Numbered from the stretch's first letter, positions 9,641 to 20,302 are shown. The stretch is DNA of 64,000 nucleotides from Clostridia bacterium (GCA_029068165.1 JAIEDA010000011.1:58-64057); one strand, 5' to 3'. The notes: generated from the sequence alone by a model not told the origin. Made by a program: numbers and translations.

Positions 9641-9745
9641 ATTTTCTCCTTAAGGTTACAATCCAAAGACTATATAATTATTATAATATAATATTATACT
9701 ATGCATAATCTATTATACACAAACTGATTATGCTTGTAAACACTT

Positions 9746-12700
9746 TTAACCAAAACTTTTTTGGCAATTTATCAAAAATTTTTTGATAGCGGCTAGTTTT
9801 TCGTCTATCGGACGGTGTTTGCAAGCGAAATGAAGTTTGGGAAAGTCCTCGTAAGTGAGGTTGACTTCCTCGCCCGCGTCGCCCACGGCATACATAATGG
9901 ATTTGTCCTTAAAGCAGTCGCCGCCATCAAAGGTGAGATAGGTTTGTTTGGGGTTGACGTCAATTTGCTTTACGCCTATTCCCATAGCCAAATTGCGTAT
10001 AAGACCGAGCTCGAAAAGCCGCCTGGTTTCGTCGGGCATTTTGCCGTAAGCGTCTTCAACGCTTTGCATAAGTTTGACAAGCGCCTCTTCGGAACTCAAA
10101 TCTAAAGCTTCCCTATAGAGCCTCATACGCATATCTTCGTCCGCAACGTATTCTTTATCGATATACGCGCTGAAGTTGAGAACAAGTTTGACGTCGTCAG
10201 GCTGTTTTTCGGAAATCCCCTGAAGTTCGTCTACAGTTTCTTTAAGAAGCTTGCAATACATATCGTAACCGACTTTTTCGATATGACCGTGCTGCTGTTT
10301 GCCCAGTACGTTACCCGCGCCCCTTATCTCCAAATCGCGCATAGCGATTTTAAATCCGCTGCCAAGCTCCGTATAATCGAGAATAGCCGTCAAGCGTTTC
10401 GCCGCGTCGCCCGTCAAAATATAATCGGGATTAACGGTAAAATAGGTATAGGCTATCCTGTTGCTCCTGCCCACTCTTCCTCGAAGCTGATACATTTGAG
10501 AAAGCCCAAGCCTGTTTGCCTCGCAAATTATCAAAGTGTTTGCGTCGGGTATATCTATGCCGTTTTCAATAATGGTCGTACTGACTAATACGTCGTAATC
10601 TTTATCGTAAAACCTGCCTATCTTGTCTTCGAGAACTTCCGCGCTCATCCTACCGTGAGCGTAATCCACTTTAGCGTTTGGGACTAAATCTTTGATACGT
10701 TGAGCAAATTTTTCAATTCCGTTTATTCTATTGAAAAGAACGTAAGTTTGACCGCCTCGCTCCATTTCTCTCGTGATCGCGTCGACGATAAGTCCGTCGC
10801 TGAGTTCGCACACGTAAGTTTGAACGGGAAGTCGGTTGCCGGGCGGAGTTTCGAGTACGCTTATATCCCTTATCCCCGTCAGCGCCATATTAAGCGTACG
10901 CGGTATGGGGGTCGCCGACATAGTAAGGACGTTGACTTTATTGCGCAAGACTTTGAGCTTTTCCTTATGCTCCACGCCAAACCTTTGTTCCTCGTCCAAT
11001 ACTACTAGACCCAAGTCGTGAAAATGCACGTCCGACGAGAGCAGCCTGTGCGTGCCTACGGCAAACATCGATTTGCCTATGGCAAGCCTGTTCAGCGACT
11101 GCTCGATTTGCTTGGGCGTTTGCAGCCTGCTGATAAGTTCCACCTCGATACCGAAGTCCTTAAATCTCTCTTTGGCGGTATTGTAATGCTGCCTTGCCAA
11201 TATCGTCGTAGGACACAGTATGACGGCTTGCTTGTTGTGGCAAATCGTCTTGAATATCGCTCTCAACGCGACTTCGGTCTTTCCGTAACCAACGTCGCCG
11301 CAAAGCAGCCTGTCCATTATCGCGCCCCTTTGCATATCCGATTTTATCTCCGCGGCAGCCGTAAGTTGGTCGTCAGTCGGTTGGAAAGCGAACGCGTCCT
11401 CAAACTCTTTTTGCAAATAATCGTCCTCGCCGTACTTGTATCCCCGCTTGCTTTGCCGCTCGGAATAAAGCTCCAAAAGGTTGATAGCCATTTCTTGTAT
11501 GGACGATTTTACGCCTTGCTTTATCTTCTCAAATTCCTTTCCGCCTATCGCTGAAAGTTTAGGCTCTTTGTCGCTGCCGTTGTACCTGCTTAGCCTATCC
11601 AACTTATCGGTCGGCACGTACAAAAGCTCGGCGTTTTTATATTCGATTACTATATATTCGGCGTTTATACTGCCCGTTTGGATAAATTTCGTGCCCAGAC
11701 ACTTGCCTATTCCGTGTACTTCGTGAACTACGAAATCGCCCACTTTGGGCATCGTGAAAACCCTAGTCTTTGCGACTTCGACTTTCTTTTTTACCCTTGT
11801 CACGTCCTCTCTACCCAAGACGGCTACTTTTGACTCGGTGTAGACGAAACCTTTGGAAATATCTATCGGCAAAATGAATATACCCGCCCGCCTGTCGGTT
11901 ATGTCGCGCACAACCGAACAGCCTACTTCCTCGGATATAAGGTTGCTCCTAAGACTTTTCGACGACTGCTCGTCGCCCATACATATAAGCGTCGTATAAC
12001 CCGATTTGTCAAAAGCCTTCAAATCGTTGATAAGCGCGTCGTAATGAACGGTGTAATTGCTCAGCGCAACGCAGCGGATATTGAATATCTCTTGCGGAGA
12101 AAATAAAGGATTTGTCGAGGTAAGATAGCTAAATCCCAACTTTTGCACGCCGCCGAAATATGCGGCAACTTCATCTAGCGAAAGTATAGATTTTGCGTGT
12201 TCTTTCAACACTTCGCCCGATTGGGCAAGCTGCTTGACCCTGCTTAAATGCTCTTTTACGTACAAATCCATTTGTTCGCGCGCCGCAGTCGGCTCGTCGA
12301 AAACTACAATAGCGTTGTCGCCGATATAGTCAAAAACCGTACCCATACTCTCGCGCACGAAGGGCAATAACCATTGCATTTGCTGATTGCAATTAGAACA
12401 TATAGCAAGCGAAGAAAATATACTCTCGCTAAGCTCGGCGATATTGCTAGGAAGCCTGTCGATTACGCGCTTTGCTCTATCCAATCCCGCTTCGATAGTC
12501 TTTTGCGAGAGCAGCAGGTCGTTGTCAGGCATTAACGTAACGGACTCAAGCTCTTTCAAGCTCATTAGCGTATCAGGACTGTACTGCTTTATCGACTCAA
12601 CCAAATCGTCGAAAAAGGACACGCGAACGGGCATATCTAACTGCGACGGGAATATGCTGACTACGTCGCCCGCCACCGAAAAAGTATTCTTTTCTTCAAC

Positions 12701-13189
12701 GACGTCCTCTCGGTTGTACCCCATAACGGCAAGCTTGTCAATCAGCGAGTATCTATCAAAAGTATCGCCCGCCTTGATATTGACAACGCTATCTACGACC
12801 GCGGACTTTTTTGGAAGTAATTGCGTAAGCGTTTGCGGAGCTACGACTAGAGCGTCAAGCTTGCCTTGAGCCAAGTCGTATAACACGTCTATTCTCTTGG
12901 CGAGCGAACTCTTTCGGTAAGTTTTGCGATGCAATAAAAGTTCTTCATTGGCGGGTAAAAATCCTACGCGATCGCCGTAAAAATCCTGTAGATTATTGAA
13001 AATCGTATTGGCTTTGAACGCGTCTTTAGCTACGTATAGAACGAACTTATCTAAGTGTGAAGCAATATGAATTTTCTCGCCCTCGCCCGCCGAAAAGACA
13101 GCGCAATCGCGCCCCTTGGATACGGCGCGATAAACGGCGGCCAATTCCCCGCCGAGAGTATTGAGTTGTAGAAGTTCGTTAAAATTCAT
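9746..13189 (-). CDS. mfd: transcription-repair coupling factor
   Basis: 1147 aa. Helicase motifs are LCGDVGYGKTEVALRA (Walker A), VLDEEQRFGV (DEEQ box) and a CarD-like region VHEVHGIGK. It sits immediately downstream of pth. Confidence 0.95.
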   Translation of the reverse strand: MNFNELLQLNTLGGELAAVYRAVSKGRDCAVFSAGEGEKIHIASHLDKFVLYVAKDAFKANTIFNNLQDFYGDRVGFLPANEELLLHRKTYRKSSLAKRIDVLYDLAQGKLDALVVAPQTLTQLLPKKSAVVDSVVNIKAGDTFDRYSLIDKLAVMGYNREDVVEEKNTFSVAGDVVSIFPSQLDMPVRVSFFDDLVESIKQYSPDTLMSLKELESVTLMPDNDLLLSQKTIEAGLDRAKRVIDRLPSNIAELSESIFSSLAICSNCNQQMQWLLPFVRESMGTVFDYIGDNAIVVFDEPTAAREQMDLYVKEHLSRVKQLAQSGEVLKEHAKSILSLDEVAAYFGGVQKLGFSYLTSTNPLFSPQEIFNIRCVALSNYTVHYDALINDLKAFDKSGYTTLICMGDEQSSKSLRSNLISEEVGCSVVRDITDRRAGIFILPIDISKGFVYTESKVAVLGREDVTRVKKKVEVAKTRVFTMPKVGDFVVHEVHGIGKCLGTKFIQTGSINAEYIVIEYKNAELLYVPTDKLDRLSRYNGSDKEPKLSAIGGKEFEKIKQGVKSSIQEMAINLLELYSERQSKRGYKYGEDDYLQKEFEDAFAFQPTDDQLTAAAEIKSDMQRGAIMDRLLCGDVGYGKTEVALRAIFKTICHNKQAVILCPTTILARQHYNTAKERFKDFGIEVELISRLQTPKQIEQSLNRLAIGKSMFAVGTHRLLSSDVHFHDLGLVVLDEEQRFGVEHKEKLKVLRNKVNVLTMSATPIPRTLNMALTGIRDISVLETPPGNRLPVQTYVCELSDGLIVDAITREMERGGQTYVLFNRINGIEKFAQRIKDLVPNAKVDYAHGRMSAEVLEDKIGRFYDKDYDVLVSTTIIENGIDIPDANTLIICEANRLGLSQMYQLRGRVGRSNRIAYTYFTVNPDYILTGDAAKRLTAILDYTELGSGFKIAMRDLEIRGAGNVLGKQQHGHIEKVGYDMYCKLLKETVDELQGISEKQPDDVKLVLNFSAYIDKEYVADEDMRMRLYREALDLSSEEALVKLMQSVEDAYGKMPDETRRLFELGLIRNLAMGIGVKQIDVNPKQTYLTFDGGDCFKDKSIMYAVGDAGEEVNLTYEDFPKLHFACKHRPIDEKLAAIKKFLINCQKSFG

Positions 13190-13272
13190 ATACGAAACCT
13201 TTCCATAGACTGTTCAAATCATCTTGGATAGTCATTTAAGTATTGTCACCTGAACGCAGTATCCGCGTTCGC

Positions 13273-13830
13273 TTAGTTTAAAGCTCTCATCAACGCGTCG
13301 ATATCTCCGTCAACCATATACTGCCATATCGCTTCCGCAGTTTTGTCAAAAACTCTATCCAGTATCGCTTGTTTTTCCCTGCCGACTTTTGAAAGAACGT
13401 AGTCTTTTAAATCTCTACTTCCTCTCTCGTCGCCGACTCCGATACGCACTCGAGGGATTGAAGTAGTGCCGCACTCGGCGACGATATTCTTCATACCGTT
13501 GTGACTGCCGCCCGAGCCGTCTTTTCTCACTCTCACTTTGCCAAGCGGCAAATCGATATCGTCGTAGATTATAAGCGTATCCGCATAATCTATATTGTTG
13601 TAGGAGGCAAGTTTCTTTACGCTAGTCCCCGACAAATTCATATACGTTTGAGGTTTTGCAATAATATGCTTTTGTCCGCCTATAAGTTGCGCGCAATACT
13701 GCGCGTCGTAACCTTTCTTGTCGAGAGTTGCGCCAAGCTTTTCCAACAGCTTATCCACGCACGCAAAACCCATATTGTGTATTGTATTTTCGTACTGTTT
13801 TCCGGGGTTTCCAAGACCGACTATCAGCAT
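13273..13830 (-). CDS. pth: peptidyl-tRNA hydrolase
   Basis: Family N-terminus MLIVGLGNPGKQYENTIHNMGF. I place the start at the internal ATG (13830), which is preceded by GAGGTG. The track ORF extends to 13905 with a non-conserved 25-aa leader. Confidence 0.9.
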   Translation of the reverse strand: MLIVGLGNPGKQYENTIHNMGFACVDKLLEKLGATLDKKGYDAQYCAQLIGGQKHIIAKPQTYMNLSGTSVKKLASYNNIDYADTLIIYDDIDLPLGKVRVRKDGSGGSHNGMKNIVAECGTTSIPRVRIGVGDERGSRDLKDYVLSKVGREKQAILDRVFDKTAEAIWQYMVDGDIDALMRALN

Positions 13831-13915
13831 ATAACACCTCGCTTGTTTATTTCTCGTTTGAAAAGTCGCAATAGTTATTAAACGGCAAATTTCCGTCCGT
13901 GTCAAGGACTTTTCG

Positions 13916-14398
13916 TCATTCGTCTAAAGTTTTTTTGCTTTTTCGCTTGTTTTGGAAATATTCGCTCAACGCTCCCGCGCACTGCTCTTGCAAAATGCCG
14001 CCCTCGATAATCTTGGGTCTATGGTTGAACCTTTTATCCGCGGGCAGGTCGTACAGCGTTCCGCAACAGCCGGCTTTGCTATCGTAAGCTCCAAAATAAA
14101 TATTGCCTATCCTAGCGTTTATCAGCGCTCCCGCGCACATCGCGCATGGCTCTAACGTAACAAAAATATCGCATTCGTTAAGCCGCCAATCTCCTATCTT
14201 TTTGCAAGCCTTTTCTATAGCTACTATCTCGGCGTGAAAATTGCTGCAAGTCTTCTTTTCTTTGCGATTGAACGCTTTGGCAACGACTTCCCCATTCCTT
14301 ACGATAACCGCTCCGACGGGGACTTCGTCCTCGCTTGCCGCTTTCCTCGCTTGCTTGAGCGCCATACGCATATACTTTTCTTTATCTTGCATTTCCAT
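13916..14398 (-). CDS. tadA: tRNA adenosine(34) deaminase
   Basis: 160 aa. CDA zinc motifs are HAEIVAIE and TLEPCAMCAGAL. Confidence 0.9.
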   Translation of the reverse strand: MEMQDKEKYMRMALKQARKAASEDEVPVGAVIVRNGEVVAKAFNRKEKKTCSNFHAEIVAIEKACKKIGDWRLNECDIFVTLEPCAMCAGALINARIGNIYFGAYDSKAGCCGTLYDLPADKRFNHRPKIIEGGILQEQCAGALSEYFQNKRKSKKTLDE

Positions 14399-14491
14399 AG
14401 CTATATTCTATCATAGAGTAAAATGTTTTTTCAATTAAACTTGCGCAACTTAAACCGTAACCTTTGCGTTTTGTCGATAATATACTAAAGT

Positions 14492-15313
14492 ATGTACGGA
14501 TTGAACGATTTACAAATGGACTTAGAAATATTACGCTCTCAAGGAGCAAGAGTCTTTGACATAGGCTACACGCTTTTAGGCCGTCCTATACCCTGCGTAT
14601 TCAAAGGCTCAACGCTAGGCGGTCAAACGCTTTTGCACGCTTCCATTCACGCAAGAGAATGGGTAACTACTCCGTTAGTAATGGAAATGATGAAAAATTA
14701 TACGGGAAGTTACGGCGTGTGGTGCGTGCCTATGGTCAATATCGACGGAGTACTTCTCGTCGAGCAAGGCTTGAGCAGTATTCCCGAGCAAAGTCTTAGA
14801 GATTTTCTTCTCGAAGTGAACGGCGGAAGCGAGGACTTTTCGCAGTGGAAAGCAAACGCCCGCGCCGTAGACTTAAACGTCAACTTCAACGCGCGTTGGG
14901 GCGAAGGCTCGCAAAACGTGACTTACCCGTCGCCCGCGAATTACATAGGTCAATACCCGTTCTCGGAATACGAAAATATGGCTTTGAGAAGTCTTACGGA
15001 AAGAGTTAAACCGTCGCTTACGCTAAGCTATCACGCAAAAGGCAACGTCATATACAAAGGTTTCGGCTGCGTCGATCCCAATATCGAATGCGCCGAGCGC
15101 ATATCGAAATCAACTGGCTATCCGCTGCTAAATTCCTACGACAGCGCGGGCGGATATAAGGACTGGTACGTGACTACTTTCCAAAAGCTCGGCTTGACTA
15201 TAGAGGTAGGAAACTCCGACGTAGCGTATGAAAATCTCATAGACTATCTCCCTCAAATCTACGAGCAAAACGCAAACGTGTTGAGCATTGCGACGGAGTG
15301 CGCGCAGGACTAG
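14492..15313 (+). CDS. M14-family zinc carboxypeptidase (gamma-D-glutamyl-diamino-acid peptidase-like)
   Basis: 273 aa. The HxxE zinc motif is in HASIHAREWVT. The size and layout fit cell-wall peptide M14 peptidases. Confidence 0.75.
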   Translation: MYGLNDLQMDLEILRSQGARVFDIGYTLLGRPIPCVFKGSTLGGQTLLHASIHAREWVTTPLVMEMMKNYTGSYGVWCVPMVNIDGVLLVEQGLSSIPEQSLRDFLLEVNGGSEDFSQWKANARAVDLNVNFNARWGEGSQNVTYPSPANYIGQYPFSEYENMALRSLTERVKPSLTLSYHAKGNVIYKGFGCVDPNIECAERISKSTGYPLLNSYDSAGGYKDWYVTTFQKLGLTIEVGNSDVAYENLIDYLPQIYEQNANVLSIATECAQD

Positions 15314-15837
15314 GAATAGATACTCTCGCCTCTGCCGTCGACTGCTACCACTACGGGAAAATCCTCGACGGTAATTCTTCGCACGGCTTCAGTGCCTAAA
15401 TCTTCAAAATACAGTACTTTGGCTTTTGTAATGCGCTTGCTATAGATTGCTCCCGCTCCGCCGATTGCTGCAAAGTATACGCAACCGTTGCGCTTAAACG
15501 CTTCTATGCAGTCTTGATTTCTCGCGCCCTTGCCTATTTGCGCCGCTAGACCGTTGTCAAGCATATACGGAGTATATTTGTCCATTCTACAGGAAGTGGT
15601 AGGTCCGGCGCTTCCAATGACTTCGCCCTCTCTTGCGGGACAGGGACCCATAAAATAAATAGTTTCGCCCTTGAAATCAAAGGCTTGCTTTCCGTCTAAA
15701 ATACTTTGATAGAGCCTTTTGTGACCCGCGTCGCGGAATACGAGCATATCGCCGCTAAGCTTGACCATATCGCCTGCTCTCAAATCTTTCATACTCTCTT
15801 TGGTAAGCGGAAGAGAAAGTCTTTTTACGCTTGACAT
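15310..15837 (-). CDS. class I (Fe-S) fumarate hydratase / tartrate dehydratase family, beta (C-terminal) subunit
   Basis: 175 aa. The motif SGDMLVFRDAGHKRL is present. It overlaps the alpha-subunit gene by 13 nt. Confidence 0.8.
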   Translation of the reverse strand: MSSVKRLSLPLTKESMKDLRAGDMVKLSGDMLVFRDAGHKRLYQSILDGKQAFDFKGETIYFMGPCPAREGEVIGSAGPTTSCRMDKYTPYMLDNGLAAQIGKGARNQDCIEAFKRNGCVYFAAIGGAGAIYSKRITKAKVLYFEDLGTEAVRRITVEDFPVVVAVDGRGESIYS

Positions 15838-16691
15838 ACTTCGCCCTCCTTTCTACCTTGAATAACGAACTCCGCCGCGCGCGAGCAGTGACAAAGCACG
15901 TTCACCGACACGGGCAACGACGATATATGCGTGGGATAACTTTCTATAAATACGCCCAACGCCGTAGTCTTTCCGCCAAAACCTTGAGCGCCTACGCCAA
16001 GCGAGTTGATCTCGTCCAAAAGCGACTTCTCCAACTCATTCAAATGCGGAATCGGGTTTTCGCTTCCTATCTTTCTAAAAAGCGCGCGCTTGGACATAAG
16101 CGCGGCTTTTTCAAGCGTTCCGCCCAATCCAACGCCGATTATGACGGGCGGACAGGGATTGGATGCCGCGGTTGCCACGGTATTGACTATCAGCCGCTTC
16201 GCCTCTTCAAGTCCCTGAGCGGGATTGAGGAGATACACCTTGGACATATTCTCGCTTCCGAAGCCTTTGAGCATAACCTGTACTTTCACGTCCTCGCCCT
16301 CTACTATCGAAGTATGTACGACGGCGGGAGTATTGGTCTTGGTATTTATACGGGTCACGGGGTCAAGCACGGACTTTCGCAAAGTCGCGTACGCTTCTTC
16401 GACTGCTCTATCTATCTCGTCTTGCAAAAGTTTGCCCGTCAAAAAGACCTCTTTTCCTATCTCTAGAAAGACTACTACCATACCCGTATCTTGACACACG
16501 GGACGGCGTTCCGTCTTGGCGATATCTATATTTTCAAGCATAACCTCGAGCGCGAACTTAGCGCTCTTACCGTCTTCTTTTTCGTACGCTTTCGCCAAAG
16601 CCTCGCGACAGCTCGGCTCGACCTCGCACGATATTTTGTCTATAGCCTCTTTGATTTTGTCGGCTACGTAGCGTGTGGAAATTTTTATCAT
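15825..16691 (-). CDS. class I (Fe-S) fumarate hydratase / tartrate dehydratase family, alpha (N-terminal) subunit
   Basis: 288 aa. The Fe-S ligand region is RPVCQDTGMVVVF. Confidence 0.8.
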   Translation of the reverse strand: MIKISTRYVADKIKEAIDKISCEVEPSCREALAKAYEKEDGKSAKFALEVMLENIDIAKTERRPVCQDTGMVVVFLEIGKEVFLTGKLLQDEIDRAVEEAYATLRKSVLDPVTRINTKTNTPAVVHTSIVEGEDVKVQVMLKGFGSENMSKVYLLNPAQGLEEAKRLIVNTVATAASNPCPPVIIGVGLGGTLEKAALMSKRALFRKIGSENPIPHLNELEKSLLDEINSLGVGAQGFGGKTTALGVFIESYPTHISSLPVSVNVLCHCSRAAEFVIQGRKEGEVCQA

Positions 16692-16806
16692 ACAAACCTC
16701 TTTGCTGATATTTTACCATAAATCGATTTGTATATACAATAAAAATATGTTAAAATATGTTTGCGTCTTTAGCGAAAAAACAAAAACTAAGCGCGTAAGA
16801 GGTAGA

Positions 16807-17586
16807 ATGAAGTTTTGTAATCTCGCAAGCGGAAGCAAAGGTAATTGCACTATTATCTCGGCTGGCGGCGTAAGTTTAATGATAGACGACGGATTGAATA
16901 TTCGCGATCTCGAGCAAAGAGCTATGGCGGCAAATATCGATTTGAGCAAGATAAACGCTATACTCGTCACTCACGAACACAGCGACCACGTCAAAGGGCT
17001 TTCGGCTTTGGTAAAGAAATACTCTATTCCCATTTACTGCCACGACGAGAGCGCAAAATATTTGGACGCGCGCGCCGCTGCTTATGTTAATAGGCGCAAT
17101 ATGGACTTGCCGTTTGAGCTAGGCGAAATAGAGATTACGCCGTTCAGGCTGCCCCACGATTCCGCATACAATCTCGGCTATAGGTTTAGCGACGGAAAAG
17201 CAAGCGTTGCTATAGCGACCGACTTAGGCTGCGTCAACGAAAGTATTCTGAACTACTTTATAGGCTGCAATCTAGTGATGTTGGAATCAAACCACGATAT
17301 AGATATGCTCCGCTCGGGAAATTACCCGTTTGCTCTAAAACAGCGTATTCTCAGCAAAAACGGGCATCTATCCAACGACGAATGCGCTCAAACTATCGCT
17401 ACGCTAGCCGCAAGCGGAACGAAAAGGTTTGTACTCGCGCACCTTTCGCAGGATAACAACACGCCCGAGCTCGCGTTTGAAATGACGGCTAGGGCATTGG
17501 AAACCGCAGGCTTCAGCGAAGGCAGGGACGTTTTCGTAGAAACCGCGCTGCAGTATAGAGCTACCGCAAAAATAATTTTGGACTGA
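16807..17586 (+). CDS. MBL-fold metallo-hydrolase (YycJ/WalJ-like)
   Basis: The motif VTHEHSDHVKGL is present. I place the start at ATG 16807 (MKFCNLASGSKGNC), preceded by AGAGG. The track ORF start at 16675 would overlap the divergent fumarase gene. Confidence 0.8.
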   Translation: MKFCNLASGSKGNCTIISAGGVSLMIDDGLNIRDLEQRAMAANIDLSKINAILVTHEHSDHVKGLSALVKKYSIPIYCHDESAKYLDARAAAYVNRRNMDLPFELGEIEITPFRLPHDSAYNLGYRFSDGKASVAIATDLGCVNESILNYFIGCNLVMLESNHDIDMLRSGNYPFALKQRILSKNGHLSNDECAQTIATLAASGTKRFVLAHLSQDNNTPELAFEMTARALETAGFSEGRDVFVETALQYRATAKIILD

Positions 17587-17592
17587 GGAACT

Positions 17593-18870
17593 ATGGCAAT
17601 AAACGACCAAGCAAAAACCTACAAAGGATTTTTCAAAAAAACCGCGCCGTCGCTTGAATTTTACGACGCAAGCGCGATGTTTATTACGCAATTCATTTTG
17701 CAATACGTATTGCAGCTAATCCTTATGATTTTGGGATTTATTATCATCGCCGACATTTTGGGAGCGCAAACGACGACTACCGAAGGCTATAAGCAAGTTT
17801 CGGAAAGGTTCTCGCTCTTTACCGCTTCTAGCGGCGGAATAGTGCTTATTACTTTGCTAAACGAATCTACGATGATTCTATCTCCGCTTGCTTATTGGAA
17901 AGTTAAGTCTTTCAACGTTTTTAATGGCATAGGTTTTAAGCGCAAAGTAAACGGCGCGCAAATAGCAATGACCTTCCCAATCGCGTTGACGCTGCTTGTA
18001 GGGTTTATGCCCGTTGCAAGCGCATTCATTGCGCTCGTAAACGCGACGGGATACAACTACACCGGCTCGGAAATAACCATTGAAAGTTTTCCAAATCTAC
18101 TGCTCTACCTCGTATTCGTAGCTGCGATTCCCGCAGTATGCGAAGAAATACTACATAGGGGAATAATCGCTCGCGCCGCAAAAAATTATTCGTACTTTAT
18201 CGGAATAATCCTAAGCTCCGTTATTTTCGCATTTATGCACGGCTCGCCTCAACAACTCGTACACCAATTTTTCGTTGGCGTAGTTTGCTCGCTCGTCTAC
18301 TATATGAGCGGAAGTATATGGATAAGCGCTCTAGCGCATTTCTTCAACAACGCAATAACTTTGGTATTCGGATACGTATATTATCTTGTCACAGGCTCTA
18401 GCGAAATGCAACTCCCTTGGTGGGTTTTGCTAATTATGCTAATCGTGGGATTGTGCGGTCTTTTCTTCAGCCTTTGGGGTATGTACAAAATATGCTACGC
18501 AAAGAGAAAAGCCGAGGATAAGATTTTTGAGGAAAGCCAATCTTCCGCAGGCGACGCGACCGCTGAGAACGATAACGCTATTCAACCCAACGTCGTATAC
18601 GTCGGCAAGAAAAAGCCGCTGAAAGTCTTCAACGAAAAACTAAGCTATCTCTTCACCTCCCCCGAACAAGCTAAAGAAGAGGCGGAAAAGCGCGCTCAAA
18701 TCGAACGGCAAATAAGCGAATACGGCGAGGAGAAAAAAGAAGTATTCCGCTCCTTGCAAAAAGAGGACGACGTCAATCTCAAGAAGAAGAACAGCCGAGG
18801 CGTAATATTTGCTCTCGTCGTAGTGCTAGCTATTTGGATAATCAATACGATAGCAGGTTACGCGCAATGA
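17593..18870 (+). CDS. CPBP-family intramembrane glutamic endopeptidase (CAAX protease-like) with a charged C-terminal extension
   Basis: Motifs are CEEILHRGII, FAFMHG and LAHFFNN. There are multiple TM segments. Confidence 0.8.
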   Translation: MAINDQAKTYKGFFKKTAPSLEFYDASAMFITQFILQYVLQLILMILGFIIIADILGAQTTTTEGYKQVSERFSLFTASSGGIVLITLLNESTMILSPLAYWKVKSFNVFNGIGFKRKVNGAQIAMTFPIALTLLVGFMPVASAFIALVNATGYNYTGSEITIESFPNLLLYLVFVAAIPAVCEEILHRGIIARAAKNYSYFIGIILSSVIFAFMHGSPQQLVHQFFVGVVCSLVYYMSGSIWISALAHFFNNAITLVFGYVYYLVTGSSEMQLPWWVLLIMLIVGLCGLFFSLWGMYKICYAKRKAEDKIFEESQSSAGDATAENDNAIQPNVVYVGKKKPLKVFNEKLSYLFTSPEQAKEEAEKRAQIERQISEYGEEKKEVFRSLQKEDDVNLKKKNSRGVIFALVVVLAIWIINTIAGYAQ

Positions 18871-19337
18871 ATATAAATATCGTATGCGTGGGAAAGATAA
18901 AAGAAAAGTTTATCAAAGACGGCATTGACGAATACGCGAAACGTCTTTCACGCTTTTGCAAATTTCAAATAACTGAAGTGAGCGAAGAGCTATGCTCCGA
19001 CCCAAGTCCAAAGAATATCGAGCTTACTAAGATAGCCGAAGGCGAACGCATTATCGCCAAACTCAAAGGCTATTCCATTGCGCTCGATTTGAACGGCAAA
19101 AGTCTAACAAGCGAAGGACTTTCGAAAAAAATCTCCCTGCTAAAACAAAGCGGAACTTCTACGCTTTCGTTCGTAATAGGTGGATCGTACGGTTTATCCA
19201 AAGAAGTGTTGGATAAATGCGACTATTCGCTTTGCTTCGGAGCGATAACTTTCCCGCATCAACTTATAAGACTCGTTCTATCCGAACAAATCTACCGTGC
19301 TTTTATGATTGAAGAGGGCTCCGCTTATCACAAGTAG
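18867..19337 (+). CDS. rlmH: 23S rRNA (pseudouridine1915-N3)-methyltransferase
   Basis: Family N-terminus MNINIVCVGKIKEKFIKDGIDEY. The ATG at 18867 overlaps the stop of the upstream gene (ATGA). Confidence 0.9.
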   Translation: MNINIVCVGKIKEKFIKDGIDEYAKRLSRFCKFQITEVSEELCSDPSPKNIELTKIAEGERIIAKLKGYSIALDLNGKSLTSEGLSKKISLLKQSGTSTLSFVIGGSYGLSKEVLDKCDYSLCFGAITFPHQLIRLVLSEQIYRAFMIEEGSAYHK

Positions 19338-19415
19338 CAACAAATCATAAGCCCGCTTAATTCTCCTAATTGTCCTTATTTTAAATTATAAGTTTATACT
19401 GCGTTTCCATATAAA

Positions 19416-19445
19416 TTGACAATTATAGCGTAATTTTGATATAAT
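19416..19445 (+). promoter_or_regulatory. strong extended -10 promoter of the TSUP permease gene
   Basis: TTGACA (19416-19421), an 18-nt spacer, then TGaTATAAT (-10 at 19440-19445). The ATG at 19455 is only 9 nt past the -10 and has no RBS. Confidence 0.55.
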
Positions 19446-19454
19446 ATATTGAAA

Positions 19455-20252
19455 ATGATTGCGTTATTATATTTTTGTATAGCCTTAATATGTACTTTCG
19501 CGGGCGCAATAACCGGAATGGGCGGCGGAGTCGTCATCAAACCCGTGCTTGACTTGATGGGAGATTTTGACAGCGCTTCAATAGGCGCTCTATCTTCTAT
19601 CACCGTGCTAGCTATGTCCTTGACTACCTTTGCTAGACAAGTCGGCAAAAAAAGAAATACTTCTATTGTAAAACTACTCGTACTTGGTATATCTTCCGCA
19701 GGCGGCGGAGCGCTCGGACAATACTTCTTTGAGATAATGACCAAAGGAGCGAGCAACGCTCATACGATAAAGATAATTCAAAACTCCATATTGCTTTTTT
19801 TGATAGTGTGCATATTCTTCTATATGCTATTTAGAGAGAAAATCAAACCGTTGCATTTGCAAAATATCGTATTCTATATATTTATAGGTTTACTATTGGG
19901 CATTTTATCGTCGTTCTTAGGAATAGGCGGCGGTCCGCTCAACGTGGCGATACTTATGCTTTTGTTTGGAATGGAGATAAAAGAAGCGACGTTTGCGTCA
20001 ATAGTGACGATTATGTTTGCGCAAGTCGCAAAAATCGTGATGATACTTATAGGCGGAGGATTCGGCGGTTATAATCTATCAATGCTGCCGTATATGGTAA
20101 TTGCAGGAGTGCTCGGCGGACTTATAGGAAGTTTCGTCGGCAAAAAAATATCAAGCAAATTTACCGCCGTTGCCTTTAATTTAATGCAACTTGCCGTAAT
20201 GGTTATATGTATAATCAACATAGCGACTAGTTCAATGGCTCTAAACACTTAA
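19455..20252 (+). CDS. TSUP (TauE/SafE) family sulfite/anion exporter-like permease
   Basis: 266 aa, counted from the ATG at 19455; an alternative TTG lies at 19449. The motif GMGGGVVIKPVL is repeated as GIGGGPLNVAIL in the second half. Confidence 0.8.
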   Translation: MIALLYFCIALICTFAGAITGMGGGVVIKPVLDLMGDFDSASIGALSSITVLAMSLTTFARQVGKKRNTSIVKLLVLGISSAGGGALGQYFFEIMTKGASNAHTIKIIQNSILLFLIVCIFFYMLFREKIKPLHLQNIVFYIFIGLLLGILSSFLGIGGGPLNVAILMLLFGMEIKEATFASIVTIMFAQVAKIVMILIGGGFGGYNLSMLPYMVIAGVLGGLIGSFVGKKISSKFTAVAFNLMQLAVMVICIINIATSSMALNT

Positions 20253-20302
20253 AACCGTTGAACCTATAAATAAATTTAAAATAACTCGACTTGGGGGATA
20301 TT

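Noticed and set aside
7411-9735. Shared 11-mer TGATTATGCTT just outside the stop codons of the lipoprotein gene (about 7411) and mfd (about 9724)
   Set aside because: There are only two short copies with no flanking similarity or structure. This is consistent with chance in AT-rich intergenic DNA.
13831-13905. N-terminal extensions in track ORFs: pth 13831-13905, the MBL hydrolase 16675-16806, rlmH 18834-18866, the sulfatase 20291-20302
   Set aside because: Internal ATGs with good RBS coincide with the conserved family N-termini. The extensions are non-conserved and overlap neighbouring genes or promoters.
15310-15313. Convergent M14 peptidase and fumarase genes sharing a CTAG in which both stop codons overlap
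   Set aside because: This is a trivial consequence of the palindromic TAG/CTA. There is no further structure and no evidence of regulation.
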